From NCBI GenBank assembly GCA_964425075.1, contig CAYRKM010000001.1, forward strand, positions 705,793 through 769,792: a stretch of DNA of 64,000 nt. The letters run 5' to 3'. Below are positions 31,916 to 40,891 of the stretch, one piece after another. Numbering within the stretch: the stretch's first letter is position 1; the number at the start of each line of letters is the position of its first letter. The notes beneath the pieces were generated by a model, which saw only the letters and a list, made by a program, of their open reading frames with translations, did no database searches and was not told the DNA's origin. This DNA comes from an uncultured Gammaproteobacteria bacterium. GTDB taxonomy: Bacteria; Patescibacteriota; Microgenomatia; Levybacterales; GWA1-39-11. Both the position numbers and the translations under genes were made by a program.

Positions 31916-32809
31916 ATGCGCAAAGCTTGCGGACAATATCCTAAAGCGCAAGCGAAATACAATTTTAAATTTATGTTTGGAAGAGAATATTCTAATTACC
32001 CCGAAATCCTTCTTTCCTCTTTTCGGCAAATGAATTCAAAATATAAAAAAATAGGCAAGAAAAGCAATAATAATTTGCTTCAAAAAATTTATATCTACTT
32101 GTTTGGAATTCCCGAAATAGGGTTTCAAATCAGGAGCATGTATTTTAATTCTATAATAGAAAAAAAATTGGGTAGGAAGAACCTTAAAAATATTCTTGAT
32201 GCTGGAAGTGGAATAGGAACATATGCTTTTTGGCTTTCAAAAAAATATCCTAAAGCAAAAGTCACAGGTGGAGAAGTTGACGCTGAGAAAATAGAGTTTA
32301 GTAAAAGGTTTGCAAAAGAAAGAAAAATAGAAAACACAGAATTTAAGAAAATGGATATTACTAAACTTACTGGAAAGAAAGATGGATTTGATTTAATAGT
32401 AAATATTGACGTTCTAGAACATATTGATGATTATAAAAAAGTTATAGCAAATTTTAAAAAAATACTTAGTCCAAGGGGTTATCTTTTTATACACACACCC
32501 CAGCCCAACCAAAAAAGAATTTTTAAAAGCACTAGAAATTGGTCGCATGAAGACCATAAGCACGAAGGATATGAGCCGTCTGAGTTAAGAAAAACACTTG
32601 AAGACAATGGTTTTAAGGTGTTAGTTATGAAAGAGACGTTTGGATATTTTGGAAAACTTGCATGGGAACTGAATCATATGAGTTTTAAAAAAGGATTTAT
32701 AGTTGCAGGCCTTCTTTACCCGATAACTTATGTGGTCTCAAAAGCAGATCTTTTAGTTAATAATAAGGGTGGATTGGGAACAGCTCTTCTTGTTCAGAAA
32801 AAGAATTAA
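31916..32809 (+). CDS. Class I SAM-dependent methyltransferase (start uncertain: 31916, 31973 or 32030)
   Basis: ILDAGSGIG, FDLI...DVLEHIDD, L.P.G.L.I.TP, H..EGY motifs. Confidence 0.85.
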   Translation: MRKACGQYPKAQAKYNFKFMFGREYSNYPEILLSSFRQMNSKYKKIGKKSNNNLLQKIYIYLFGIPEIGFQIRSMYFNSIIEKKLGRKNLKNILDAGSGIGTYAFWLSKKYPKAKVTGGEVDAEKIEFSKRFAKERKIENTEFKKMDITKLTGKKDGFDLIVNIDVLEHIDDYKKVIANFKKILSPRGYLFIHTPQPNQKRIFKSTRNWSHEDHKHEGYEPSELRKTLEDNGFKVLVMKETFGYFGKLAWELNHMSFKKGFIVAGLLYPITYVVSKADLLVNNKGGLGTALLVQKKN

Positions 32810-34008
32810 ATATACTTTTTAAGGAAAGCTTCGAATAATTCTTCAAGTCTCTTTATGTGTTTCTTTTCCAGTCCATGATGACATCCAATAACAAATGCAT
32901 TTTTCATTATCTCATCAGTAACGGGAAACTTTTCTTTTCCACTTGCTAAACCTTTGAATGCAGGCTGGCGCAAAATATTTCCCGTAAAAACGGGTCTTGT
33001 TTGTACATTATTTTTTTCAAGGTAGGTGGTAATTTCCTTTCTGGTAAATCCAGCACCACTTTTAATTGTAAGTGGATATGCAAGCCACTGTGTTTTTATT
33101 GTTTTATCTTGTATTGGCAAAACAAATAATTTTTGGTATTTCGTGAAGAATTTGCTAAGCTCCGCAAAATTTTCCTCTCTTATTTTTCTAAATTTAGGCA
33201 ATTTTGCTAATTGTACGTTTCCAAAAGCAGAACACATCTCGTTAGGGAGTAAATTATAAGCGATTTCATCAAATATAAATTTCGCATCATAATCAATTGG
33301 TCCAATTTTGTATTTAAATCGTTTGTTAATATCTTCTGATTCGCTAAAGAGAGAAGAACTTCTTCCCCAACCTCTTAATACCTTAGCTCTGTCAGCCCAT
33401 TTTGGATTATTCACCATCAGCATTCCGCCATTACCCCCTGCTGTTATGATATGAGATCCGAAGAATGACGTTGTAGTAATGTCTGAATATTTTCCCGTTG
33501 GGTCTCCATTAATTTTGGCCCCGAGAGTATCGCAAGAATCTTCTATCAAAAAGAGTTTATATTTATTTGCAATCATTCTTAATTTTTTCATATCCGGGAC
33601 ATTTCCTAGCAAAAGCGGAATCATTAATGCTTTTGTTTTTTTTGTAATTTTTTTCTCTATGTCATCAACATTAATGATATATTTTCCAGGGACTACATCG
33701 ACAAAAACTGGCTTTAATCCGTGTTGAAGTAATGGTGCTACGGTTGTTGAAAAGGTTAGGACTGGAGTTATAACCTCAGAACCTGGTGGAAGCGAAAGCA
33801 GGGAAATGGCAATAAAATTTGCAGAAGAGCCTGAATTTACCATAATTCCATATTTTTTTGAATTGATTGCAGCTACCTTTTTTTCAAAAGTCTTAGTTTC
33901 AATTCCCATGTTGGAGCGATGCTCTTTAAGGACATTTACTACAGCTTTTATTTCTTTTTCATCGTAAACAGAAAGAGCGTAAGGAACTCGAAGTGGTGTT
34001 TGTTTCAT
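32806..34008 (-). CDS. DegT/DnrJ-family PLP enzyme, CDP-4-keto-6-deoxyglucose 3-dehydrase (E1/RfbH/DdhC)-like
   Basis: NSGSSAN, LTFSTTVAP, IEDSCDTLG, SFFGSHIITAGGNGG (His at the aminotransferase Lys position), RGWGR, YD.KF, TRP.F.GNI.RQP motifs; next to rfbF/rfbG. Confidence 0.8.
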   Translation of the reverse strand: MKQTPLRVPYALSVYDEKEIKAVVNVLKEHRSNMGIETKTFEKKVAAINSKKYGIMVNSGSSANFIAISLLSLPPGSEVITPVLTFSTTVAPLLQHGLKPVFVDVVPGKYIINVDDIEKKITKKTKALMIPLLLGNVPDMKKLRMIANKYKLFLIEDSCDTLGAKINGDPTGKYSDITTTSFFGSHIITAGGNGGMLMVNNPKWADRAKVLRGWGRSSSLFSESEDINKRFKYKIGPIDYDAKFIFDEIAYNLLPNEMCSAFGNVQLAKLPKFRKIREENFAELSKFFTKYQKLFVLPIQDKTIKTQWLAYPLTIKSGAGFTRKEITTYLEKNNVQTRPVFTGNILRQPAFKGLASGKEKFPVTDEIMKNAFVIGCHHGLEKKHIKRLEELFEAFLKKYI

Positions 34009-34014
34009 ATTGCA

Positions 34015-34043
34015 ATTATATTAATCTTTTCCTGTAATAACAA
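34015..34043 (-). promoter_or_regulatory. Sigma70-type promoter for the E1-like gene (leaderless-type)
   Basis: Minus strand TTGTTA(34043-34038)-17 nt-TATAAT(34020-34015), then 6 nt to the ATG. Confidence 0.6.
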
Positions 34044-34089
34044 GACATTTTACATATTTTAGAGTTTAAATATATTAGCAATTTACCTA

Positions 34090-34098
34090 TGATAAAAT
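34090..34098 (+). promoter_or_regulatory. Extended -10 promoter element (leaderless-type)
   Basis: TGATAAAAT followed by 6 nt and then ATG 34105; divergent from the E1-like gene. Confidence 0.55.
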
Positions 34099-34104
34099 TA
34101 CACA

Positions 34105-35115
34105 ATGAAAACCCACCCCCCATTATCCATTATTATTGTTGCCCTTAACGCAGAAAGGACAATTAAGGACTGTCTTAAATATATTGAAAATCAAACATAC
34201 AAAAACATAGCGGAAGTTTTAATAGTTGATGGGGGAAGTACAGACAATACGCTTACAATAGCCAATAATTCAAACCTTCCAATCAAAATTATTAAGGGTG
34301 GGTACAAGAATAATCAGGAAGCAAGAAGATCGGTCGGATTAAAAAAGGCAAAGAATGAACTTTGTGTCTATCTAGACACCGATAATTTTATTCTTGACAA
34401 ATCGTGGCTTGAGAAAATGGTCGAACCATTAATTACTCATAAAGAAGTTATCGCTTCACAAACACTTCGATATGCGGTTCCGAAGAACACCACGTTACTA
34501 AATAGGTATTTTGGGTTGATTGGTGCAAGTGACCCAGTTGCATATTATTTAGGAAAAGACGATAGATTGAGTTGGGCGTTTGATAAGTGGAATTTAAGGG
34601 GGAAGGTTTTAAAGGATTATAAAAAATACATAATTGTAGATTTTAGACCGGACATGTATCCCACAGTAGGTTGTAATGGTATAGTTTTTAGACGCTCGAA
34701 TCTCCTTAAATCAAATTGGGGTAATCCTGAAAATTATATACACACTGACGTATTTGTTGATGTTGCAAAATTGGGATATACAAAATTTGCAATTGTAAAA
34801 AATGAGATATTTCATAATACGGCTGAGAATATTTTTACTTTTTTTCAAAAGAGGAGGAGGTACATGGGTATATATCATGGAAATCTTAATAAAAAAAGAC
34901 GCCATCTCACATTTGACCCAAAAAGTCGCAGCGATGTTTTTAGGCTTTTCCTTTTTTTGATTTTTTCCTTAACCCTTATTGAGCCTTTAGCAGAGTCAAT
35001 AAGAGGATTTATAAAAAAAAGAGACATTGCGTGGTTTCTTCATCCAATTATTTGTCTTGGTATAATGCTTGTATATTCAGAAGTAACCTTAAGGAGAGCT
35101 ATTTTTAAAAAATAA
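34105..35115 (+). CDS. GT2 glycosyltransferase with C-terminal membrane segment
   Basis: VDGGSTD.T, LDTDN, RY..L.G..DP..YYL.K, G.NG, HTD.F, AWFLHP motifs. Confidence 0.85.
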   Translation: MKTHPPLSIIIVALNAERTIKDCLKYIENQTYKNIAEVLIVDGGSTDNTLTIANNSNLPIKIIKGGYKNNQEARRSVGLKKAKNELCVYLDTDNFILDKSWLEKMVEPLITHKEVIASQTLRYAVPKNTTLLNRYFGLIGASDPVAYYLGKDDRLSWAFDKWNLRGKVLKDYKKYIIVDFRPDMYPTVGCNGIVFRRSNLLKSNWGNPENYIHTDVFVDVAKLGYTKFAIVKNEIFHNTAENIFTFFQKRRRYMGIYHGNLNKKRRHLTFDPKSRSDVFRLFLFLIFSLTLIEPLAESIRGFIKKRDIAWFLHPIICLGIMLVYSEVTLRRAIFKK

Positions 35116-35116
35116 T

Positions 35117-35989
35117 ATGACAAAAATTTTAATTTTTGGTGGACATGGTTTTATTGGTTTGAATATTCGAGATATCTTTATGGAAAATAGTGATTTTAAA
35201 ATCATTTCACCAACATCAAAAGAATGTGATCTTTTGAATCTGAATGATGTTAAAAGGATTATTAGGAAAGAGAAACCTGAAATTATTATTAATGCCGCAT
35301 TTGTTGGTGTTAGTGCTCGCATAAAATTTTCTGCGGATTATATTTTTACCAATACAACTTTAATAACAAATATTTTGCAATCATGCATTAATCAAAAAAA
35401 CATAAAAAAAATCATTCATTTTGGTTCAGCAGCGGAGTATGGTGATTCTGAAAAATTGATTGACGAGAATTTTTCAATTGCTCCCAAAAATATTTACGCT
35501 ACGGCAAAAGCAATTTCATCTCTTGCTGCACTGCAAATGCAAAGAGAATATGATCTTCCACTAATAATAATAAGACCATTCTATCTTTATGGCCCACATA
35601 ATAATAAAGGAGTTTTGTTAGACGTAGTCAGTGCAGTTGTAAAAAACGAGACACTATCAGTAACGAAGGGGGAGCAAGCAAGAGATTATATGTACGTGAA
35701 GGATCTAGCAAAAATAATTCTTAGGATTTGCCAACAACCTGAGTTGTTTAAAAATGGAGAGATTTACAATGTTGGCACGGGTAAGGGAGTAAGGCTTAAT
35801 CAAGTCTTTAAAATAATATTTGAATTATTTAAGAAAAAACCGTCATATTCCTATAGACCTTATAATAAATATGAATATTTTCATCAAGTCGCTGATAATA
35901 AAAAAATAAATAAGATATTAAAAATGAAATATACACCAATTGCCAAAGGTATGAAAGAGACGATTAGACTATTGCAGCAAGAAAAATAG
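35117..35989 (+). CDS. NAD(P)-dependent sugar epimerase/4-reductase (CDP-dideoxyhexose synthase-like)
   Basis: GGHGFIG, GSAAEYG, YATAK, RPF.LYGP, GEQ.RDY.YV.D motifs; context with rfbF/rfbG. Confidence 0.75.
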   Translation: MTKILIFGGHGFIGLNIRDIFMENSDFKIISPTSKECDLLNLNDVKRIIRKEKPEIIINAAFVGVSARIKFSADYIFTNTTLITNILQSCINQKNIKKIIHFGSAAEYGDSEKLIDENFSIAPKNIYATAKAISSLAALQMQREYDLPLIIIRPFYLYGPHNNKGVLLDVVSAVVKNETLSVTKGEQARDYMYVKDLAKIILRICQQPELFKNGEIYNVGTGKGVRLNQVFKIIFELFKKKPSYSYRPYNKYEYFHQVADNKKINKILKMKYTPIAKGMKETIRLLQQEK

Positions 35990-35991
35990 CG

Positions 35992-36020
35992 TTGCAATTA
36001 CCCTTCTTAAAGGGTATATT
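35992..36020 (+). promoter_or_regulatory. Sigma70-type promoter for rfbF (near-leaderless)
   Basis: TTGCAA(35992-35997)-17 nt-TATATT(36015-36020), then 8 nt to ATG 36029. Confidence 0.55.
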
Positions 36021-36028
36021 AAACCCAT

Positions 36029-36808
36029 ATGAAAACAGTAATATTGGCAGGTGGCTTAGGATATAGATTAAAGGAAGAAACGGAATTTAAGCCAAAACCA
36101 ATGGTCCTAATAGGTGGTAAGCCAATGCTTTGGCATATAATGAAAATATATTCTCACTATGGTTTCAATGAATTTATAATAGCACTTGGTTATAAAGGAG
36201 ACTACATAAAGCAATATTTTCTAAATCAACAACATTACGCTAACAACTTCACAATAAACACAAAAACAGGTGTCACAAAATTTCATAAAAAGGATGAAAG
36301 CATAGATAATTTCAAGATAACCTTTGTTAATACAGGTGAGGAGACACAGCCAGGAGAAAGAATATTAAAAATAAAAAAGTTTATTCCTAAAGAGGATAAG
36401 TATTTTATGGTTACATATGGTGATGGAGTGGCAGACATTAACATAAAGGAGCTTGTTAAGTTTCACAAAAAACAAAAAACAATAGGTACTGTTACGGGAG
36501 TCCACCCAGGTTCTAGCAGATATGGTCTTTTGAAAGAGAATAGTAAAAATATAGTTACAGAGTTTGCAGAAAAGCCTATGGTGAAAGAAACAGTGAATGG
36601 AGGTTTTATGGTTTTTGATAAAAAAATATTTAATTTCATAAAAGAGGGGGAATTGGAACATGAAGCTCTTAAAAGACTCATCAAAATATCTCAACTTTCT
36701 GTTTTTAAGCACAGTGGATTTTGGCATTGCATGGATACATATCGCGATGTAGACGATCTTAACAAGTTATGGATTGAAGACCCCAAGTGGAAGTTATGGC
36801 GGGATTAA
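36029..36808 (+). CDS. rfbF: Glucose-1-phosphate cytidylyltransferase
   Basis: VILAGG.G.RL.EET..KPKPMV.IGG.P.LWHIMK.YS.YG, LGYKG..IK.YF, TYGDGV.D, NGGF, GFW.CMDT.RD motifs. Confidence 0.92.
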   Translation: MKTVILAGGLGYRLKEETEFKPKPMVLIGGKPMLWHIMKIYSHYGFNEFIIALGYKGDYIKQYFLNQQHYANNFTINTKTGVTKFHKKDESIDNFKITFVNTGEETQPGERILKIKKFIPKEDKYFMVTYGDGVADINIKELVKFHKKQKTIGTVTGVHPGSSRYGLLKENSKNIVTEFAEKPMVKETVNGGFMVFDKKIFNFIKEGELEHEALKRLIKISQLSVFKHSGFWHCMDTYRDVDDLNKLWIEDPKWKLWRD

Positions 36809-37749
36809 CAAAACAAACTGTCCTTGTTACCGGTGGAACCGGATTTATTGGAAGTCATTTATCTTTAGCTTTAGCCAAAGCTGGATTTTCTGTAGTTGTA
36901 TTGGATATTGCAGTTAATCCTAATTCCTTTTTCTCGGTTGAAAAAATATATAGCTCCGTAATATTTGAGCTTTGTGATATTCGTGATAAAGATGCTGTCT
37001 TTAATATAGTACAAAAACACTCTCCAGACTATATTTTTCATCTTGCTGCAGAACCCATTGTGGAGAAAGCATTCGAGAATCCCTATTCTGCATTTGAGAC
37101 TAACATAATGGGTACGGTCAATGTCTTGGAGGCAGCACGTGGAAATGAAAATATAAAAGGTATTATCGTGACCTCCTCAGATAAAGCATACGGCAAAACT
37201 TTAAAAGCTTACACAGAAAACTCTGCTCTAAAGGGAGACCATCCATACGATGTTTCAAAATCAGCGCAGGATTTGATATCTCAAACATATTTTAAGACAT
37301 ACAATATGCCAATTGTAATAACACGCTTCGGTAATGTATATGGAGAGGGAGACATTCACCTAAACAGAATAATTCCTGGAATTTGTGAAGCGGTCATTAA
37401 AAATAAAACGCTTCAAATTAGAAGTAATGGAAAATATGTAAGAGATTATTTGTATGTTGGGGATGTTATTGCTGGATGTTTAGTGCTTTTAGAAAAATTT
37501 GAGAACAATATTGGGGAAGCATTTAATTTTTCATCAAGTGAGGGAATGAATGTCATTCAGGTCGTAAGATTAGCAGAAAAAGTTCTTGACAGAAAAATTC
37601 CTTTTAAAATTCTTGATATTGCCAAAAATGAAATTCCATATCAGCATCTTGATGACAAAAAAATTCGTAGGTTGGGTTTTAAGAATAAAGATAATTTTGC
37701 AAGCACTTTCCCAAAAATTATTACCTGGTACAGAAAAATTATTACTTAA
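36796..37749 (+). CDS. rfbG: CDP-glucose 4,6-dehydratase-like SDR
   Basis: TGGTGFIG, FHLAA.P.V, N.MGT.NVLEA, SSDKAY, PYDVSKS, RFGNVYGEGD...RIIP motifs; directly follows rfbF. Confidence 0.75.
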   Translation: MAGLTKQTVLVTGGTGFIGSHLSLALAKAGFSVVVLDIAVNPNSFFSVEKIYSSVIFELCDIRDKDAVFNIVQKHSPDYIFHLAAEPIVEKAFENPYSAFETNIMGTVNVLEAARGNENIKGIIVTSSDKAYGKTLKAYTENSALKGDHPYDVSKSAQDLISQTYFKTYNMPIVITRFGNVYGEGDIHLNRIIPGICEAVIKNKTLQIRSNGKYVRDYLYVGDVIAGCLVLLEKFENNIGEAFNFSSSEGMNVIQVVRLAEKVLDRKIPFKILDIAKNEIPYQHLDDKKIRRLGFKNKDNFASTFPKIITWYRKIIT

Positions 37750-37813
37750 AAAGCTTTGTGGTATTCTTTAGCTGTTGAAATTAATTCAAAATGTGTTAAA
37801 TTAGATTTACAAA

Positions 37814-38836
37814 ATGGCAAAAAACGGATTAGTTAAAAATGGTTTGAAAGGACAAAAAAAGACAGCCTTAGTCTTGGGTGCAGGAGGTTTTATAGGAGGT
37901 CATTTAGTAAAAAGACTTAAGAAAGAAGGATTTTGGGTTAGGGGAGTTGATATTAAAAAACCAGAATATAGTGAGACTTTGGCTGACGAGTTTTATCTTG
38001 GAGACTTAAGAGATCAAGTTGTTTTTGCAAAAATAATGGATAAGCCATTTGATGAAGTTTATCAACTTGCAGCAGATATGGGAGGGGCTGGATATATTTT
38101 TTCAGGAGAACACGATGCAGACGTAATGCATAATTCTGCACAAATTAATTTAAACGCACTTCATTATGGTAGAAAGGCAAAAATCAAAAAAATATTCTTT
38201 TCCTCATCAGCCTGTATCTATCCAGAGCATAACCAATTAGATCCTGACAATCCAACAACCTCTGAGGAATCTGCATATCCTGCAGCTCCAGATAGTGAGT
38301 ATGGGTGGGAAAAATTATTCACAGAACGAATGTTTCTTGCGTACCACAGAAACTACGGAATGGAAGTTCGCATAGCAAGGTTCCACAACATTTTTGGTCC
38401 TGAAGGGGCATGGAATAATGGGAAAGAGAAGTCGCCTGCAGCAATTTGTAGAAAAATTGCACAAGCATCAAACGGAGGAACAATTGAAATGTGGGGGGAC
38501 GGAGAACAAACTAGGTCTTATCTTTATATAGATGAATGTTTGGAGGGAGTAAGGCGACTTATGAACTCGAATTTTACAGGACCCGTCAATATTGGGTCTG
38601 AGGAAATGGTAAGTATCAATAAGCTTGCCGAAACTGTTATGAAAATAGCCGGGAAGAAATTAAAAATAAAACACATAGAAGGCCCTCTGGGGGTTAGAGG
38701 TAGAAATTCAGACAATAAATTAATTGAAGAAAAATTGAAATGGAAACCAACAGCTCCACTTGCTGATGGTTTGAAGGAGACTTACGCCTGGATTGCTGCA
38801 CAAGTTGCGAAATCTGCGAAGTACATTCAAATATGA
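37814..38836 (+). CDS. GDP-mannose 3,5-epimerase-like SDR
   Basis: GAGGFIG, QLAADMGGAGYI, SSACIYPE, PA.PDSEYGWEKL, RFHNIFGPEG.W..G.EK.PAA.CRK, GVRGRNSDN motifs. Confidence 0.88.
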   Translation: MAKNGLVKNGLKGQKKTALVLGAGGFIGGHLVKRLKKEGFWVRGVDIKKPEYSETLADEFYLGDLRDQVVFAKIMDKPFDEVYQLAADMGGAGYIFSGEHDADVMHNSAQINLNALHYGRKAKIKKIFFSSSACIYPEHNQLDPDNPTTSEESAYPAAPDSEYGWEKLFTERMFLAYHRNYGMEVRIARFHNIFGPEGAWNNGKEKSPAAICRKIAQASNGGTIEMWGDGEQTRSYLYIDECLEGVRRLMNSNFTGPVNIGSEEMVSINKLAETVMKIAGKKLKIKHIEGPLGVRGRNSDNKLIEEKLKWKPTAPLADGLKETYAWIAAQVAKSAKYIQI

Positions 38837-39657
38837 TAAGGAATCTGGTTATTGGATCTGCCGGATTCATAGGTAGGCCTTTTTGTAGGTACCTTGAGTA
38901 TAAAGGTGAAGAAGTAGTAACTTTCGACATCAAGAGCGAAAAATCACAGGACGGTAGAATATTTAATTTTGATTTCACAGAAATTGATAGGATATATTTC
39001 CTCGCATGGGATGTAGGAGGTTCTAAATATCTATACGAGTCAAAGCTCCAATTGTCACAGCTGAAATGGAATTTACAGTTGATGACTAACATTTTTGAAC
39101 ATCTTGAGAAACAAAAAAAGGATTTCCTTTTTGTTTCCAGTCAATTAGCCGAGGAAACAGATACTGTTTATGGGGTTACTAAAAAATTAGGGGAAGTTTG
39201 GACGAAAGAGTTAGGTGGGGCATGTATTAGAGTTTGGAATGCCTATGGATATATGGAACCATCAGACATCAAGAGCCATGTTATTTCCGATTTTATTTAT
39301 CAAGCGCTTGAAACCGGGAAAATAAAAATGATGACTGATGGAAGTGAATGGCGACAATTTACGCATATTGAAGATTTATCTCGTGCTTTTCATGGGGCAC
39401 TAACTTTGAAAAACCGAAAACGAACGATTTATGATGCGAGTAGCTATGAATGGGTAAGAATAATTGATGTTGCACAAATTATTGCAGATATAACTGGTGC
39501 AAAAATTATTCCAGGAGATAAAAAGGGGCATGATCCTCTTCCGTCTCAAAATTGCGGAAGAGTTCCCGGTTGGCTTCCTGAAATATCATTAGCGGACGGA
39601 ATTTCTCAAATGATTGATGAGGCAAAAGGAAAAATAAAGAATGCCAGAAAAAAGTAA
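38833..39657 (+). CDS. NAD-dependent epimerase/dehydratase family SDR (short, divergent)
   Basis: GSAGFIG, LAWDVGG, YGVTK, NAYG, DGSEWRQFTHIED motifs. Confidence 0.78.
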   Translation: MIRNLVIGSAGFIGRPFCRYLEYKGEEVVTFDIKSEKSQDGRIFNFDFTEIDRIYFLAWDVGGSKYLYESKLQLSQLKWNLQLMTNIFEHLEKQKKDFLFVSSQLAEETDTVYGVTKKLGEVWTKELGGACIRVWNAYGYMEPSDIKSHVISDFIYQALETGKIKMMTDGSEWRQFTHIEDLSRAFHGALTLKNRKRTIYDASSYEWVRIIDVAQIIADITGAKIIPGDKKGHDPLPSQNCGRVPGWLPEISLADGISQMIDEAKGKIKNARKK

Positions 39658-40891
39658 ATTCTCCCTTAACAAGAATTCCTCAGTATTATTTGTAACCTTT
39701 TCTAGGTGGGATGGTGATGTGCGTTCTCCAACTACTGGAAGTCTTGATCCGCTTAGAGATTTTTTGGTCCCAAAAATTAGAAAACTTTCAATAATTGACC
39801 AAGTACATCCAAGTGGAGATGGAGTGATGCCTGTTATTGAAGAATATAAAAACCAAAAAATAAAGGGCAAACAATATCACTCATCGTGGTGGATGTATAT
39901 TTTAAAGCCATGGTTATCTTTGCCTCATACTAACCCAAACGGGACATACGTGAGATTTAAGATCAGAGACTTCTTGTCAGTAATTGATTGGTCCTTTAGG
40001 GAAAAAACTCCTTACGACTACTGTATTTGCCTTGAAAGCATTAATACTCTTGCTGCAATACTTTTAAAAAAAATGGGTAGAGTGAAGTGTGTTGTGTATT
40101 ATGTTTCTGACTATTCTCCAAGCAGGTATCCACAAAAATGGTTTAATAATTTATACCTTGCGCTTGATAGATTTTGCGCAACACATGCAGACTTTATTTG
40201 GGATGTTTCTCCCGCAATGCAAAAGGCTAGAATTAGTGAGGGAGGGCTTGATTCAGCAAAATCAGCGCCAGTTATTCATGTTCCAAATGGTTTACACCCA
40301 GGGCAAATCAAGGCAGAACCAATTTCAAAAATTGATAAACAAGCACTTGTATATATGGGAACAGTTGGAGCAGAAAATGGTCCGGATGTGGCAATAAAGT
40401 CTTTAGCAATAGTTAAGAAAAGTTTTCCGAAGGCAAATCTTCATTTGGTTGGAGGAACAGAGAAAGATTTAGTTTGGTTAAAAAGGATTGCTAAAAAGCT
40501 GGGAATTGAAAAGTCAGTGACATTCCATGGTTTTGTTAAGGATGGATTCGAAATGTCAAAAATTATAAGAAAGTGCGCTGTGGGATTAGCACCCTACAGA
40601 GCAATACCAGGTTCTATTCGCTATTATGCAGATGCAGGAAAAATAAGAAATTATTGCGCTGCTGGTCTTCCAACAGTAAGTTCGCAAGTCCCACCCCTGG
40701 GACTTTTTGTTGCTGAAAAAGGGGCAGCAGTGATTGCTAAAGATAACGCTCAGAGTTTTGCTAAAGCCATAATAAATATTTTTAAAAATAAGAAGACTTA
40801 CGAGAGCTTAAGGAGAAATGCTATAATTTTGGCTAGGAATAACACATGGGAAAATTCATTTAAAAATGCATTTAAAATTATGTCAAAGTAA
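39641..40891 (+). CDS. GT4-like glycosyltransferase (atypical donor-binding motif)
   Basis: VYY..DY.P, VPNG, YMG, F.GFV, ADAGKIRNYCAAGLP motifs. Confidence 0.82.
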   Translation: MPEKSKFSLNKNSSVLFVTFSRWDGDVRSPTTGSLDPLRDFLVPKIRKLSIIDQVHPSGDGVMPVIEEYKNQKIKGKQYHSSWWMYILKPWLSLPHTNPNGTYVRFKIRDFLSVIDWSFREKTPYDYCICLESINTLAAILLKKMGRVKCVVYYVSDYSPSRYPQKWFNNLYLALDRFCATHADFIWDVSPAMQKARISEGGLDSAKSAPVIHVPNGLHPGQIKAEPISKIDKQALVYMGTVGAENGPDVAIKSLAIVKKSFPKANLHLVGGTEKDLVWLKRIAKKLGIEKSVTFHGFVKDGFEMSKIIRKCAVGLAPYRAIPGSIRYYADAGKIRNYCAAGLPTVSSQVPPLGLFVAEKGAAVIAKDNAQSFAKAIINIFKNKKTYESLRRNAIILARNNTWENSFKNAFKIMSK

